Shown here piece by piece: positions 52,624 through 64,000 of a DNA stretch of 64,000 bases. Source of the stretch: Pelomyxa schiedti (lineage: Eukaryota > Protista > Evosea); assembly GCA_020536535.1 (NCBI GenBank), contig JAHLWZ010000810.1, forward strand, positions 62,001 to 126,000, read 5' to 3'. The notes beneath the pieces are model-generated. The model made no database searches. It was not told the DNA's origin and saw only the letters and a program-made list of their open reading frames with translations. The stretch's first letter is position 1. The number at the start of each line of letters is the position of its first letter. The position numbers and the translations under genes were made by a program.

Positions 52624-55447
52624 TTACATCAGCATATTCCTGCGGTATTGACTGTGCAATCTCAACACTGGTGATGGCACCTTTGGGATGGTAGGACTGG
52701 GAGGTTACTATATCTGCTATGGTGGATGTTACATCTGCTATAACTATGTTCCGGTTGATGACCGCAACAAGTCCAAATACACTCAGCTGTGTGTGTGTAG
52801 TTAGGCTGGTTTAAATTGCAAGGAACTGGTGGATGGAAAACACACATCGTCAACTATTTCCCACAGAATGGGAGCCAAATGACGAGTCGAGGTATACTTG
52901 AGTCCACGTCGCAGGCGAATTTTAAGTGTGGTAAAGCCTGGTCTGGCATCAAGAAGCGAAAAGGATGCAGATAGACTGTGGGGTGTTGTGGTATTTGTGT
53001 TAATCCTTGTTGGAGTGTGAGGAGTGGCGCCAGAGAGAAGTGCTAAAACGCGAGAAAGGTATTCCGCTGGTTTGCCCTAAAACTGAAGTTGGAATATGCC
53101 CACAGGGGGACAATTTACCGTGTTGATAAGGAGAGATGCTTGGTCGAGAAATAGGGTGGACATATGGTCAGTGGGTGACACTAATTTTTTCATTGCACGC
53201 TCTGTCTGGAGGTCAATGAGACGTTCCTCATTTGGTACAGATATTCTCGTAAACTTGATTCCTAATGCCTTTTAGCTCCTAGCATCATTTTACAAGTTAA
53301 AAACCAGCTTCTTTTTCTATATTCCTCATAGATGGGATATCTTCGTGATAAAAAAGAACAATAGAAGTTCCTTAAGCGATTTTTAGAATAATGAAAAAAC
53401 CATGATTTGGAACCTTCGGCACCAGCACGACCCGTTCTTCCTGCCCTATGAATATACTGAACTGTGGATCTGTAGATAAAAGACAAAGTTAATGCTCACA
53501 CAAAAAGAAAGAAGCAAACAAAGGAGGGGCAGCCATTATAATGAGATCAACTGTGGGGATGTCGAGCCCCCTGCCAGCAAGCTCAGTTGCAACCAAAACA
53601 GAAAATTCGCCCTAGATTCAAGTTAAATTTTTACTTCACAAACACGGAAGGCTACATACTTTTCTAAATCCTTGCAGTCTCTCATCACGCTTTGTTTGAC
53701 TCAATTCCGCGTGGAGTACCCGTGAAACTATTAGTATGAGTAATGAGTCGAAGTTAGAGGTATGTGTACTTTTGCCAAGAGCAGAAGCATAACTTTTCGC
53801 GGATTCAACCGAGTTACAAAACAAGAGAGTTTGTGATTTCCCATAGAACTATACATATTTTAGCTTGACAAGGAGGAGGGAAAAGAGAAACCTTCAATAA
53901 GCGTTGAATAACTTGAACTCGAAACTGCTCTTCACAAAACAGGGAGAGGTGTGTTACAGTAACAGGAAGTTTGACTTCTTGTGTTTCAACAAGGTTCACT
54001 GTTAGAAGGGCTAAGAACAAAGTGGGATATAGGGAAAAAAAGACCAACAACAAAATCAGGTGAAAGGAACTGTTGGGCCACATTCTGTGCCCACTGCCCG
54101 AATGTGGCAGAGAACAAGAGAGTTTGATGGGGTATATCTCTGTGACAAAGTATAAGGCAAAACTAGAAAAAAGGGAGGGAGAAAACTTGAGCTGAGAAAG
54201 AAGTAGCTCTATTTCATATGCATGGATGGGTTCCAGGATTTTATCTGCTTCATCAAGTTGTCTAGTTAAGATACATTTCACCTTTAAAAAGGAGAACGAG
54301 GCAACTGAATGACCAAAAGGATATGAATAACGAATTTGACGCGATCATATCTGAGCACTTCCAACTCTGCCAGTTCAATGATACGTCCGGGTGTGCCAAC
54401 CACGATGTCAACCCCAAGACAGAGGAATTTATCTGAATGGATTAAAAACAAGGAGAGGAAGTGTTGTCGCACATTGGAGGTCGCTTGGAACTCCTCCAAA
54501 AACAGGGCATGTCAAAAGCTTGCCAAGTGAGCACTTCTCGAATTCTTCCGTTGTTTGTTCAGCAAGCTCCCGTGTTGGTTCAAGACATATCACTAGAGGG
54601 GTGCTGGATTTTTTTCGTTGCCAACCAGCACCTCCAGCTTTGGCGCTACTACTTCCACTTCCGCCACTGAGACCAGTGGTAGTCGTACTAGGAGATTCAG
54701 TAGGAACCAGTTTAGAGAAATCGATGCCGGATGCACTAAAGTCCAGCTCTTCTCCAACAAAGTCCTCTGGTGGAAGAGAGTGATCTTCCTGTTCCACTTC
54801 GTTACTGTCTTCGTTACATGTCTCACTGCCTGGGAGGCTCTCTTCCAAAACCTCTGGGGGATTTTCGAATATAGTATGCAGTACAGGTAAAATAAAAGCA
54901 AGAGTCTTTCCACTTCCAGTTTTGGATTGGCCAACCACGTCTTTCCCAGCAAGCACATAAGAGAACAATGCTTCCTTGTGCCCGTTAGAATAAAGTAACA
55001 AGAACCAACCCACCATCATACTTGTATAGGAAAAGGGTCGTTAATTCCCCTGGCAGCTAACATATTCACCAAGTCAGGCAGCAGGCCCAACTTGCTGAAT
55101 CCGTTGTCCACACATTGCACCGCGGCGCCATTTGCGATTTTTCGACCGCGCTTTTGTTTCCGTCTTTCTGGCTTGGCACTCGGGCGTTCAGAACGTGGGG
55201 GGGGCCGCTCCGCGGCGGCGTCTCTTTGGCCCCTTCGACCACTGCTGGCGCTCTCGTCTGCGGTTGTGCCCTCGACGTACTCCTCTGGATCGGCAACGAA
55301 ATCTTCGTGCTTCGCCACTGTTGCGAGGCCCTCGTCGTTAAAAACGATGTGTTTCGATCTGCCACTACTGGCAGTGCTGCTCGTCGTATTGGGCAATACA
55401 GAGGTCTCCCCCCTCGGTCTCTTTCTCACCGGTTCCAAGCCTTCCAT
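52624..55447 (-). CDS. DEAD-box RNA helicase, DDX21/50-like with a GUCT-like C-terminus
   Basis: Q motif 'PFPIQ', 'KTGSGKT', 'PTRELA', 'TPGRI', 'DEAD', 'FSAT', 'GRGLDIP' and '[10 protein letters not shown]'. C-terminal '[12 protein letters not shown]...ADVP'. Confidence 0.88.
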
Positions 55448-55695
55448 GTGGTGCTACTACGTGTACCTTTGTTGAATATTGTGCCCTCGTTTTTGATGAC
55501 ACTTCTCCAGCAGTTCGGAGCCCTTCCTCCATACTGGTCGGTCATGACACCGTAGTGCCCCAGCTGGCGGCATCAGGTTCCGAGACCAGCTGGGAGAAGA
55601 AAGACCTGACCCTGTCGATGCTTTTGATTTGTCTTGTTTGCCCGTTGGAATGGAAGAGACATCAAGAAGTTACGGAGAATAAGGCGTAAGAAAGG

Positions 55696-57468
55696 ATGTG
55701 TAGCACTTTACAGACGTGCGAACTGCGTAGGCTGTTCTGTTACACCTGCGGCTCCGCACATGATATTGCGGCTGTCAGTGTGTACTACAAGTGCGAGGGC
55801 CACGGTGCCTCCCACGCACCAGTCACGCCGCCCGTGCACGAGAACCCCCCGAGCCTGGTTTCATTGTGCGAGCCTCTTCACCGTCCGTGCACGTGCGGGT
55901 GCCCCAGTGCCTCGTTGTTCTTTCGATGCCCCACAGGCCACAACCAGCGGCTCTCCGCCGGCGCCATGCGGTTCCATGTGGTCCTTGCCCCAAGTTCCGC
56001 GGACAGTGCGAGCGGAGCGCATCATCCTTCGCCGCCCATGCCACACGCTCCCACAGCGCCCGCAACAGCACCCGCAACCGCGCCCCCCACTGAGCTGTCT
56101 CCTTCTTCAAGTTCTACACCAACCCCAACAAACTCTGCGGCGAACAAGGCAGCACCGCCGGGCGTCGCAGAGCTGCTGTCACCGCTTTTCTGCCAGGACA
56201 CAGAGTGCGAAGGAGGACTTCCCACGGGGGCGTCATACTGCCCGAGGTTCCCAATGAGGCTCGAGGTCGTGCCGTTCGACCGCGTCCCGCCTTGTGTGCC
56301 CAGTATCAGACTGCTCAATGGGCAGGCAATTATTGGGCACCCTGATTTCAATGCGATGAAGTTCAGGCTCGTGAACATAACAGAAGTGCAGGATGGGAAC
56401 ATAGAAAAATACGAAGGGAACCTGAACCTTGCATTATACAGGAAGTGTCGTGACTCTTTCGTGCAAACCAACATCAGCTATTGTGCGTTTTGTCCCCTCT
56501 CCCTGTTTTTTTTTTACAGTGCCGGGACTCACCATTCCGCAGTGACATCTACCGAATTCAGAAGACAACCTCCGTCGAATTTGCACGTTGAAAACAGGGG
56601 GCACCAACTTCGTGCGTGTGAAATAGACACCGTGGAAGCACTTCCCTCAATGCTTCTTGCTGAACAGTTGTGGCAACGTCTGACCGGGGGTGATACCACT
56701 TCTATGGTTGCGACACTCGCAGTATTGTCTTCCTGTTTTCGACGTGCCCCAGTGCGAGAATGGCTTTCCATTGATGCATGCTCCAGTAAAGTTCCCTTTA
56801 AGTGCCTGGCCATCTCTTACAACAAACCCAGTTTTCCACAATGGCACCGTCACAAAACAGGAGTTCCTCCAGTTGTGTTCATTTTGGTTGTCAGAAGAAA
56901 GTCCCCCAGTTTTTTCCTTTGATCCGGTGAGTATCTCCACCCAGCAATCTTTCAATGTTCTCACTCTGGACAGGCATTGGTTGGTTATTGGAAGTCGCAC
57001 AGGTGTCTCCCTTTCGCACACCGTCTTTCTTTTTAACTTGCTTCCAGTTGGATATGTGGATTCTTTGAGGAGAACAATTACGAGACACTCTTCTCGGCGT
57101 TTCCAAACTGCGCCATACTTCATTTCAGTGGCAGCTTTGCCGGGAGATATGTCCTTAAGTGCTCACCAACACAAGAAGGAGTCTCCATATTTCGCAAAGA
57201 ACGTGACAGCCCGTTCATGGTGGCAGTGCACAAAGGAACACCCACACACGTCAAGCTGCACAGCACCCCAATCACAAGTGCATCATCAGCTGAACTGTCA
57301 CCAGTGACGCTGTCGGGGTGGTACGTGCCTGTGCCAGTTGGAACTCTGCCCACGTTCTTCCCAACACTCCAAGCAGTGATTGAGAGCATCATCCCTTCGT
57401 GTTATGGCTGGATCACTCGTGAAATGCTCCAGGCTTATATGTGCAATAAGCAACACCTGGGAGAATAA
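55696..57468 (+). CDS. Hypothetical Cys/His-rich protein with an N-terminal Zn-binding-like domain; 3' structure unresolved, possibly degenerate
   Basis: 408-aa ORF with CxxC, C..H, CxC and C...H clusters. Downstream ORFs lie in other frames and could not be joined cleanly. Confidence 0.45.
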
Positions 57469-57562
57469 AAACCCCCAGACCTTCAGTCCCAACGATGAAG
57501 GAAAACGATAGGTTCTTATGATTCCTTTTTTCGGTCTTTGTTGAAATCGGCGCCGGGGAGTA

Positions 57563-60500
57563 ATGCCATCAGCAGCAAAGGGGCCTGTAATAGACGGCAC
57601 CAAGTGGTGCTGGTGCCTGAGGGGCAGAGTTGTTTCGTTCTTGATCTTTTCCCTTGCGTTGCACTGTGCCGCCATCTACTACTTCACGTCGGGGTTTCTG
57701 CTGTCGCGGGTCCAATTGACCGAAACCAGCAATTGCTCCGATTGGCGGAGTGCCATTGGCGGTCACTCAAGTTCAGGGAACTCTTTTCGCGCCGCCGGGA
57801 ACGATGCTGTGTGTGGGCAACAGCCTGTTGTCGACAAAGTCGTAATCCTTTTGGTGGACGCACTTAGGTTAGATTTAACCGATTCTCATTCCCACCCTCA
57901 TTCTCAATTTCGACTTTTTCTGAGCACCTTTTAAGATATGACTTTGTTGCCCCTTGGCCTTCTAAGTCCTCTGGTTCTTGCAACAATTTTTTTAAGTGAG
58001 GCATGAGAATTTGTACTTTGTAACTCACTGAGCTCTTTTGCAGTTGCTCTCCACTTGGAGATATTCCCTACTCCAAGAACTTTCACAACCAAATGATGAA
58101 TATCCAGCAGATCCTGCTGCAAAAACACAATAGTTTCTTGTTTCCCTTCATTGCTGATCCTCCAACTTCCACAATGCAACGATTGAAAGCCCTAACGACA
58201 GGTAGGAGCAAGAAGCTATTTGTCATGTTAATTTACCGAAGGTGGAATTCCAACTTTTTTTGATGTAAGCAAAAATTTTATGTCATCTGAAATTTCTGAA
58301 GACAACGTTGTTCATCAGCTCACCAGGGTACCATTTTGACACTCTTGAGTTAGTTTGAAACTTAATTTTTCTTCCCCAGAATAAGAAAAGAATTACATTC
58401 ACTGGGGATGACACATGGTTGGGATTGTATCCCAACAGCTTCAATGCCAGCTTTCCGTTCCCATCATTTGATGTCAAGGTAAAAAAGTTAGTGGCAGAGA
58501 ATAAAAAAGCTAAGCTGCATTTAGGATTTACATACCGTAGACAATGGTGTCATGAAACACTTTTCTGCACAAATGAAGCAAACCGACTCCTGGGATGTAT
58601 TGATCGGGCACATGCTTGGAGTTGACCACATTGGCCACAGATATGGCCCAAACCATCCCGAGATGACGAAAAAACTCGCTTCCATTGATAATGTATGAGT
58701 ATTTTTCTTGTTGCACGAAGTTGCTCTAAGATATCATTGAAGTTTATCCGGGAGACAATTGATAACCTGCCTCCTAATTGTGCCTTCATCGCTTTTGGAG
58801 ACCATGGTATGACTCAAGATGGCAATCATGGTGGCGGCAGTGAGGAAGAGGTACGATTCTTCCTGAGAGGCCAATAAATTCTCTTCTTAGTGGGCTTTGT
58901 GCCATCTGGCAGGTCTCTTCAGCTCTGTTTGTAGTAATGCCACAAGGCTTGAGATTACAGTCCAACACTGATATTTTGCCCAGCCAAAGATATATCAAGC
59001 AAGTGGATTTGGTTCCCACCCTATCATTTTTACTTGGAGTCCCCATTCCGTATGCCCCTTTCTGAACATTTTTACTACATCAACTCTGTTTAAGGTATGG
59101 AAACATTGGCTCAGTAATCCCTGAGCTATTTCCAAGTGAAATGTTACCCAAGATACTTACAATGAACTCATGGCAAGTAAACAGATACATTCACCAATAT
59201 GTCAAACACACAAATATTGGAGAGGTTGGCTCACTCTCTGAGAGAGAAAAAACCAAAGACCCTGCTGTTTGAATTTCATTGACACACACCACCAGGAATC
59301 TTTGACCAATGCCAACGAAAAGTACAGTGAGATTTCAGACAAGACACTGGTTTCGATGCACTCTTTTTTCTTCCATTATAACACGGTTTATCTTTTGGGG
59401 TGTATACTTTTAGGAAGTACACCTGGACACACACCTACATTACATGAACCAAGTCTTTGAACTGTGTTCACAACTGTGGTCCACATTCAATTACTCACAA
59501 GTTGCTTGGGGAATTGCTATAAGTATACTAACCTCACTTTGTGCTGGTTTGTTCTTGTTGTTACCACCGTATGCTTGGTCCACACCTTTCCTTTTTTAAA
59601 ATATCACTAAATCTAAATTTTACCCTTCCCTCACAAGAGCACCGTTCCCATACCTACATACTGGTCTCGGACTGGTGTTCAGTTTTATCCTTCTATTACT
59701 TATCAAACTACAAGGGTCAACTATGCCATCCCCCATACAGCTTCCAATTTGTGCAACTGGTTGCCCCTCTAATTATTTGACGTTAAGTAATAAGTACAAA
59801 CGAACAGTTGCTGTCTCTGCCCAATTTGGATTTCTTTACTCTACCCTTTTCCGCCTCCACCCATCTGTTTTCAGGACTCTCAGTTACTCCTCCATTGCCT
59901 CTATTACTCTTGTAGTGTTGCAAGTTATCACTTCTTTCTCGAACAGTTACATTGAAGCTGAACCCCAAATAGTCCGTTTCCTTATTACAACGGGAGTGGT
60001 ATGTGCACTTTATCACATAAACTAGGCACTGAACAAAAACGAAGGCAGGAGCTTTTGTGTATAGCTTCATCAGGCTTGTGGAGAAACATCAAGGAGTTTT
60101 GCTAGTTTGGCTGCTTATGATGGTTTTTACGCGAGCTGTACCATGTCTGGGTCAGTTTTCCCTTGAATCTCATCAAGAGAACATGGTGATTCCTGCATCC
60201 ATGCTCACACTTTTATGTTTTGCACCGTTGTGCGCCCTCTATTTTCTGGCATACAAAGTATGTACTCTCATTGTTTCAACACAAATTTCATTTCAATTTA
60301 GGCATTGAAAGCAGCCCGTGGTGTTGAATGGGGATTTATGGCCCGTGTTGTCCTATGCCTTATTTATTTCGCGGCACTTTCTCTGCTTCTATACTGGTGC
60401 ACTGTTGTATTCAGCAACGTAATTCCTGCAGTTGCGCTTCCGGCTTTCATGGGTGGTTCTCTAAGTGTAGCCCTTGCACGATTTGCAATGATAGCTTGTT

Positions 60501-61397
60501 GCGTGTCTCTTCTCTGCGTCTTCATGTTCCCGCCGTTACCCATTTTTGTGGAAATAATTTTCGAGCAAGGTGCTGTCTCAAACCTGCAATTTGGTGCTAC
60601 CAAAGCTGGTTGCCTGCTATTCTGCACCCCAGTGTTTCTATGCTGTGCAACTGCACTTGGACCTTCATCGCCACTGTGTATACTTGCCATGGTGCTGCAA
60701 ATTTGTGCATTTGTCTGGTTGCTGGACAAGTCAAACAGCTTGAAACTGGGAGGAAAATCCATTTGTGCATCTGGATTTGGAGGAGTCATGTTTGCCCTGT
60801 TTGCCCTGCAGCATTATGCAGCCACAGGGCATGGGTATGAGTTGAGTTCAATTCACTTTGATGCTGCATTTGTGTTGTTCAATGATGCCAATATAATAGT
60901 GGGAGGTGCGATTGTTGTACTGAACACATTTGCTGCCCCCATTCTAACTGCAATTGCTCTTCCTGTTGCAGTTGCTTTCATCAGTGACCAACCATTCAAT
61001 CCCGTGAGTTATTTTTGTTTGCTCCCCCTTTCCCCCTCCACCCCGCACTCACCTCCCGTAATTTATAATCAACTGACACCACTCCCCAAAAAACAAAACG
61101 CAGTTCTCGTTCGAACACAAGCTCGCGCCGACGGTCACGGCCTTCAGTGCCTTTTTCAGCCTGTGGCTGAGCACATCGATGCTGGCGGCGTGGGTGTGCC
61201 GCAGACACTTGATGGTGTGGAGGCTGTTTTGCCCGCGCTACTTGTTTGTGGCCGTAATGGTGCTGGTTGTGGACGTTGCTCTGCTGGCGGCTGTCATGTT
61301 TGTTGTCAGAGTTACTGGCCGGTGTGCTGCCAGATACCATTATGGGCCAAAGACTATTGCTAGGATCCAAGCTGGTGGCAACTATTCAACTGAATAG
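57563..61397 (+). CDS. PIGO: GPI ethanolamine phosphate transferase 3 (PIG-O/Gpi13)
   Basis: Motifs 'FTSGFLLSR', 'VDALR', 'ADPP...MQRLKALTTG', 'GDDTW', 'HMLGVDHIGH', 'GDHGMTQDGNHGG', 'FSNSYIEAE' and 'RRHLMVWRLFCPRY'. Many transmembrane segments. Confidence 0.93.
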
Positions 61398-62205
61398 AGT
61401 AATCTGTTTTTACTCGATAAAGTCCAAGGTAGCAAAATACATTCTAAAGTGACAAACAACAGTCACATTCACTTGTTGTTTAATTCATCTACAATACAAT
61501 TGCCGCCATCAGAGAATCCACTGTTGGTGGTGCCAATGTGTCCCAATCCAACAAAAGATGAAAAGGCCACTCAACAGTACGCCAAAAGAATCTAGTAGTA
61601 GGACGATGAAGCCGCAGCACCAGCAGCTCCCCCCAGCGACGACGAGTACTGCGGCCCGGAGGCAGATGTATACACGCCGCCGGTCCCTGTGGACGTGGGG
61701 TACTTGGTGCCGCCTCTCCTCCTCATGCTCGGCGACATTCGCCCGGTCACTGTGTGCCACTTCCTCCTGACCACGGCCCACGCCTGGGCGGCCCGCACTC
61801 TAGCTGATGTGACTAGCGGCATTACCTGGTGGTTGCGATTATGGGATGTGCCGGTTCTCGGGGACTAGTGTGTCCACTGTAGACTGATGTGGTTTTTTGT
61901 CGTAATGGTGTTCTGTGGGGGCATTGTAAATGTATCACGACACAATTGTTGTGAGCGGGAAAGTACATGAGACTGTTTCTTTGTCGACGGTATCAACGAG
62001 CCACAAGGTTTGTTGTTGTGACTTGTGGGATTTCATGTGTAGGGACCATCGTACGCCTAAGCGTGACTATCGCTGTGACCAACTTGCGGCGATTAGAACG
62101 CTTTCAGATCAAAAACAATCTGAGAACGGAAATTCACCTGAATCTAAAAAATACCATAATACCGAAAACCAAAGCAGAAAAAAAACAACAAAAATAATTC
62201 TAGAG

Positions 62206-64000
62206 ATGGCAGCCAACGTAATGGTTCGCTCGCCCTTTCTTACTTGGTCTTTTTTTCCCACAAGTCTCACGTTGTCTTTTTTTTGTGGTTTTTTTCCTTC
62301 CTTTTCTAGCCCATGCAACAATTGTTATCAGGGCCACCTGAAATCCCACGCGAGGACATAATTTTCAACCTCGATAATGACAGAATTGGTGGAGGTGCCT
62401 ACGGTGATGTGTATAGGGCAATTGTAAAAGGAATCAAAGTGGCCATCAAAGTGCCAAAAAAACAACAATGGGAAACTGAGGCAGAACTCCAGGCTTTTAA
62501 AGACGAAGTCGCCATTCTCAAGTACTTTTTCCATTACATGCAAATACCTCAGAAGAATAACGTACTTAGGGGAATATTCCACACCAATGTTGTACTTTTC
62601 TTAGGTGACTAACGCCCAATTCAATGTTGCCTTTGACACTTCACAGGAGCTTGCACTGCTCCAGGAAACGTCATTATCGTTTTAGAGCGCATGATGTGTG
62701 ATGTGGACAGGCTGATTCACAAGCCCTTGGACACTGTTCCTCCTGAACTGCAAAACTTCCTTAAGGGTGGATTTAGTTTGTATAGAAAGCTTAAAATTGC
62801 TTATGAAACTGTACTTTTCTCCTTGCCTTTTATATCTTCCATAACTATATAAAACAAGGTTTTGGGAGTAAGCTGGCTTCACGATATCTGCAACATTGTC
62901 CACCGAGACTTGAAGCCCGCCAATTTACTAGTAAGCGCAAAACAATGGGGTGGGCAAGTTAACATTCATCTCAGTTGGATGACAACTTTCACGTGAAAGT
63001 CACTGATTTTGGTTTTTCTGAAATATATAGGGCTGATAAACGACAATGCGAGATGAAAGGAACAGGTTTGCACACTCACCAAAAACCTTTTTGTTTTTTC
63101 ACCTGTTGCGTAGCTTTGTACATTGCCCCTGAAATTTGGAAGCTTGAAGTCTGCTCGAAAGCTTCTGATGTGTATTTCCTCACAGCCTTTTTATTTTATT
63201 TTTTTTTAGAAAAAAAAAATATCTCCTTATCACTTATTTAGGTATTCTTTTGGTCTCATTCTTTGGGAGCTTCTCACTGAGGAAGATCCATTTGCTGCGT
63301 ATAATGACATAGAACCGTTTTATCAAGTAAAGTTTGAACATTTAAATGTTTTTTTCCTAATATGAACAGGATGTCATTGTACGTGGGCTGAGGCCTATCA
63401 TTCCTGCGCAAATTCCATTTAGAAGAAGAACACCAGAGTCTACCTCTGTCACAACTAGGATACCACTTCCTACCTCACTTGTATGCTTGATATCATTTTT
63501 CTAAGTCTTGTTCAACACGTTGCAGGCACTTCTAATGCAAGAATGCTGGAATACTGACCCAAAAGCTCGTCCTACAATGCCACAGTTACAAGTGAAAATT
63601 GAGAATATTATTCTTGAAATTCTTGTAGAGTCACCAGCTGCCAGAACTTTCTGGTCAACCTATCTGCGAGGAGTGCGTGTTCACTTTTTGCCATGTTTTA
63701 CTGTAACTCAATAGCCACAAGGAAGGTGGCAGTTTTAAGGAAGTTGTTACATGGGATGAGTTTATGAATGCTCTTTCATATGCCTCTGCTATACCTGCAG
63801 AGAATTTGAAACCTTTGCAATCTCTCTTTTGCCGTATGTTCTGAATGCATCTCGATGGCGACGTGTAACTGTTCACAGCTGGTGACCCGGCTGAAAATAA
63901 TCCTGGAAGCTTGGTCAGTTTGTCGCGGTTTGATCTTATGGAAAAATGGTTTGGGGACTTCTTCCTTCCAGAAGGGAAGCCCATTCTGTTTGAGGTATCC
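62206..64000 (+). CDS. Tyrosine-kinase-like (TKL) protein kinase, probably Shk-type (SH2-containing); truncated at the window end
   Basis: Motifs 'IGGGAYGDVY', 'VAIK', 'HRDLKPANL', 'TDFG', 'YIAPE' and 'CWNTDPKARP'. The post-kinase region 'ARTFW...FDLMEKWFG' resembles amoebozoan Shk kinases; no SH2 domain is visible within the window. Confidence 0.85.

Noticed and set aside
52662-52853. 'WTCCG' zinc-finger-like ORF at the helicase 3' end
   Set aside because: It is an off-frame reading across introns. The spliced helicase frame gives a GUCT-like tail.

Overview
This is gene-dense eukaryotic nuclear DNA with many short (mostly about 40-60 nt) GT-AG introns and degenerate splice signals. The gene content and style suggest an amoebozoan, possibly an archamoeba such as Pelomyxa; that is inference only. 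I reconstructed about 22 protein-coding loci by splicing the exons by hand: a neurobeachin/BEACH-like protein (truncated), Rab1, a DENN-WD40 protein, serine acetyltransferase, Nop14, a Bub2-like TBC GAP, a SENP/Ulp1 protease, an EF-hand Ca sensor, THOC5, an A1 aspartic protease, SURF6, a beta-helix protein, a USP7-like protease, PSMA3, a coiled-coil protein, a DDX21-like helicase, PIG-O, a TKL kinase (truncated) and several hypothetical proteins. The main result is that ORF fragments at 13371-15649 splice in frame into one gene encoding an atypical Rho-like GTPase, an F-box and a Vint-type Hint (autoprocessing) domain. This could be a self-cleaving or self-modifying GTPase/SCF adaptor. Also notable are an aspartic protease carrying a compact saposin-like 'plant-specific insert' and a hairpin-rich intergenic element bounded by 59-bp direct repeats (30697-31182). 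No rRNA, tRNA or CRISPR array was seen. All gene models are manual and have not been checked against transcripts.
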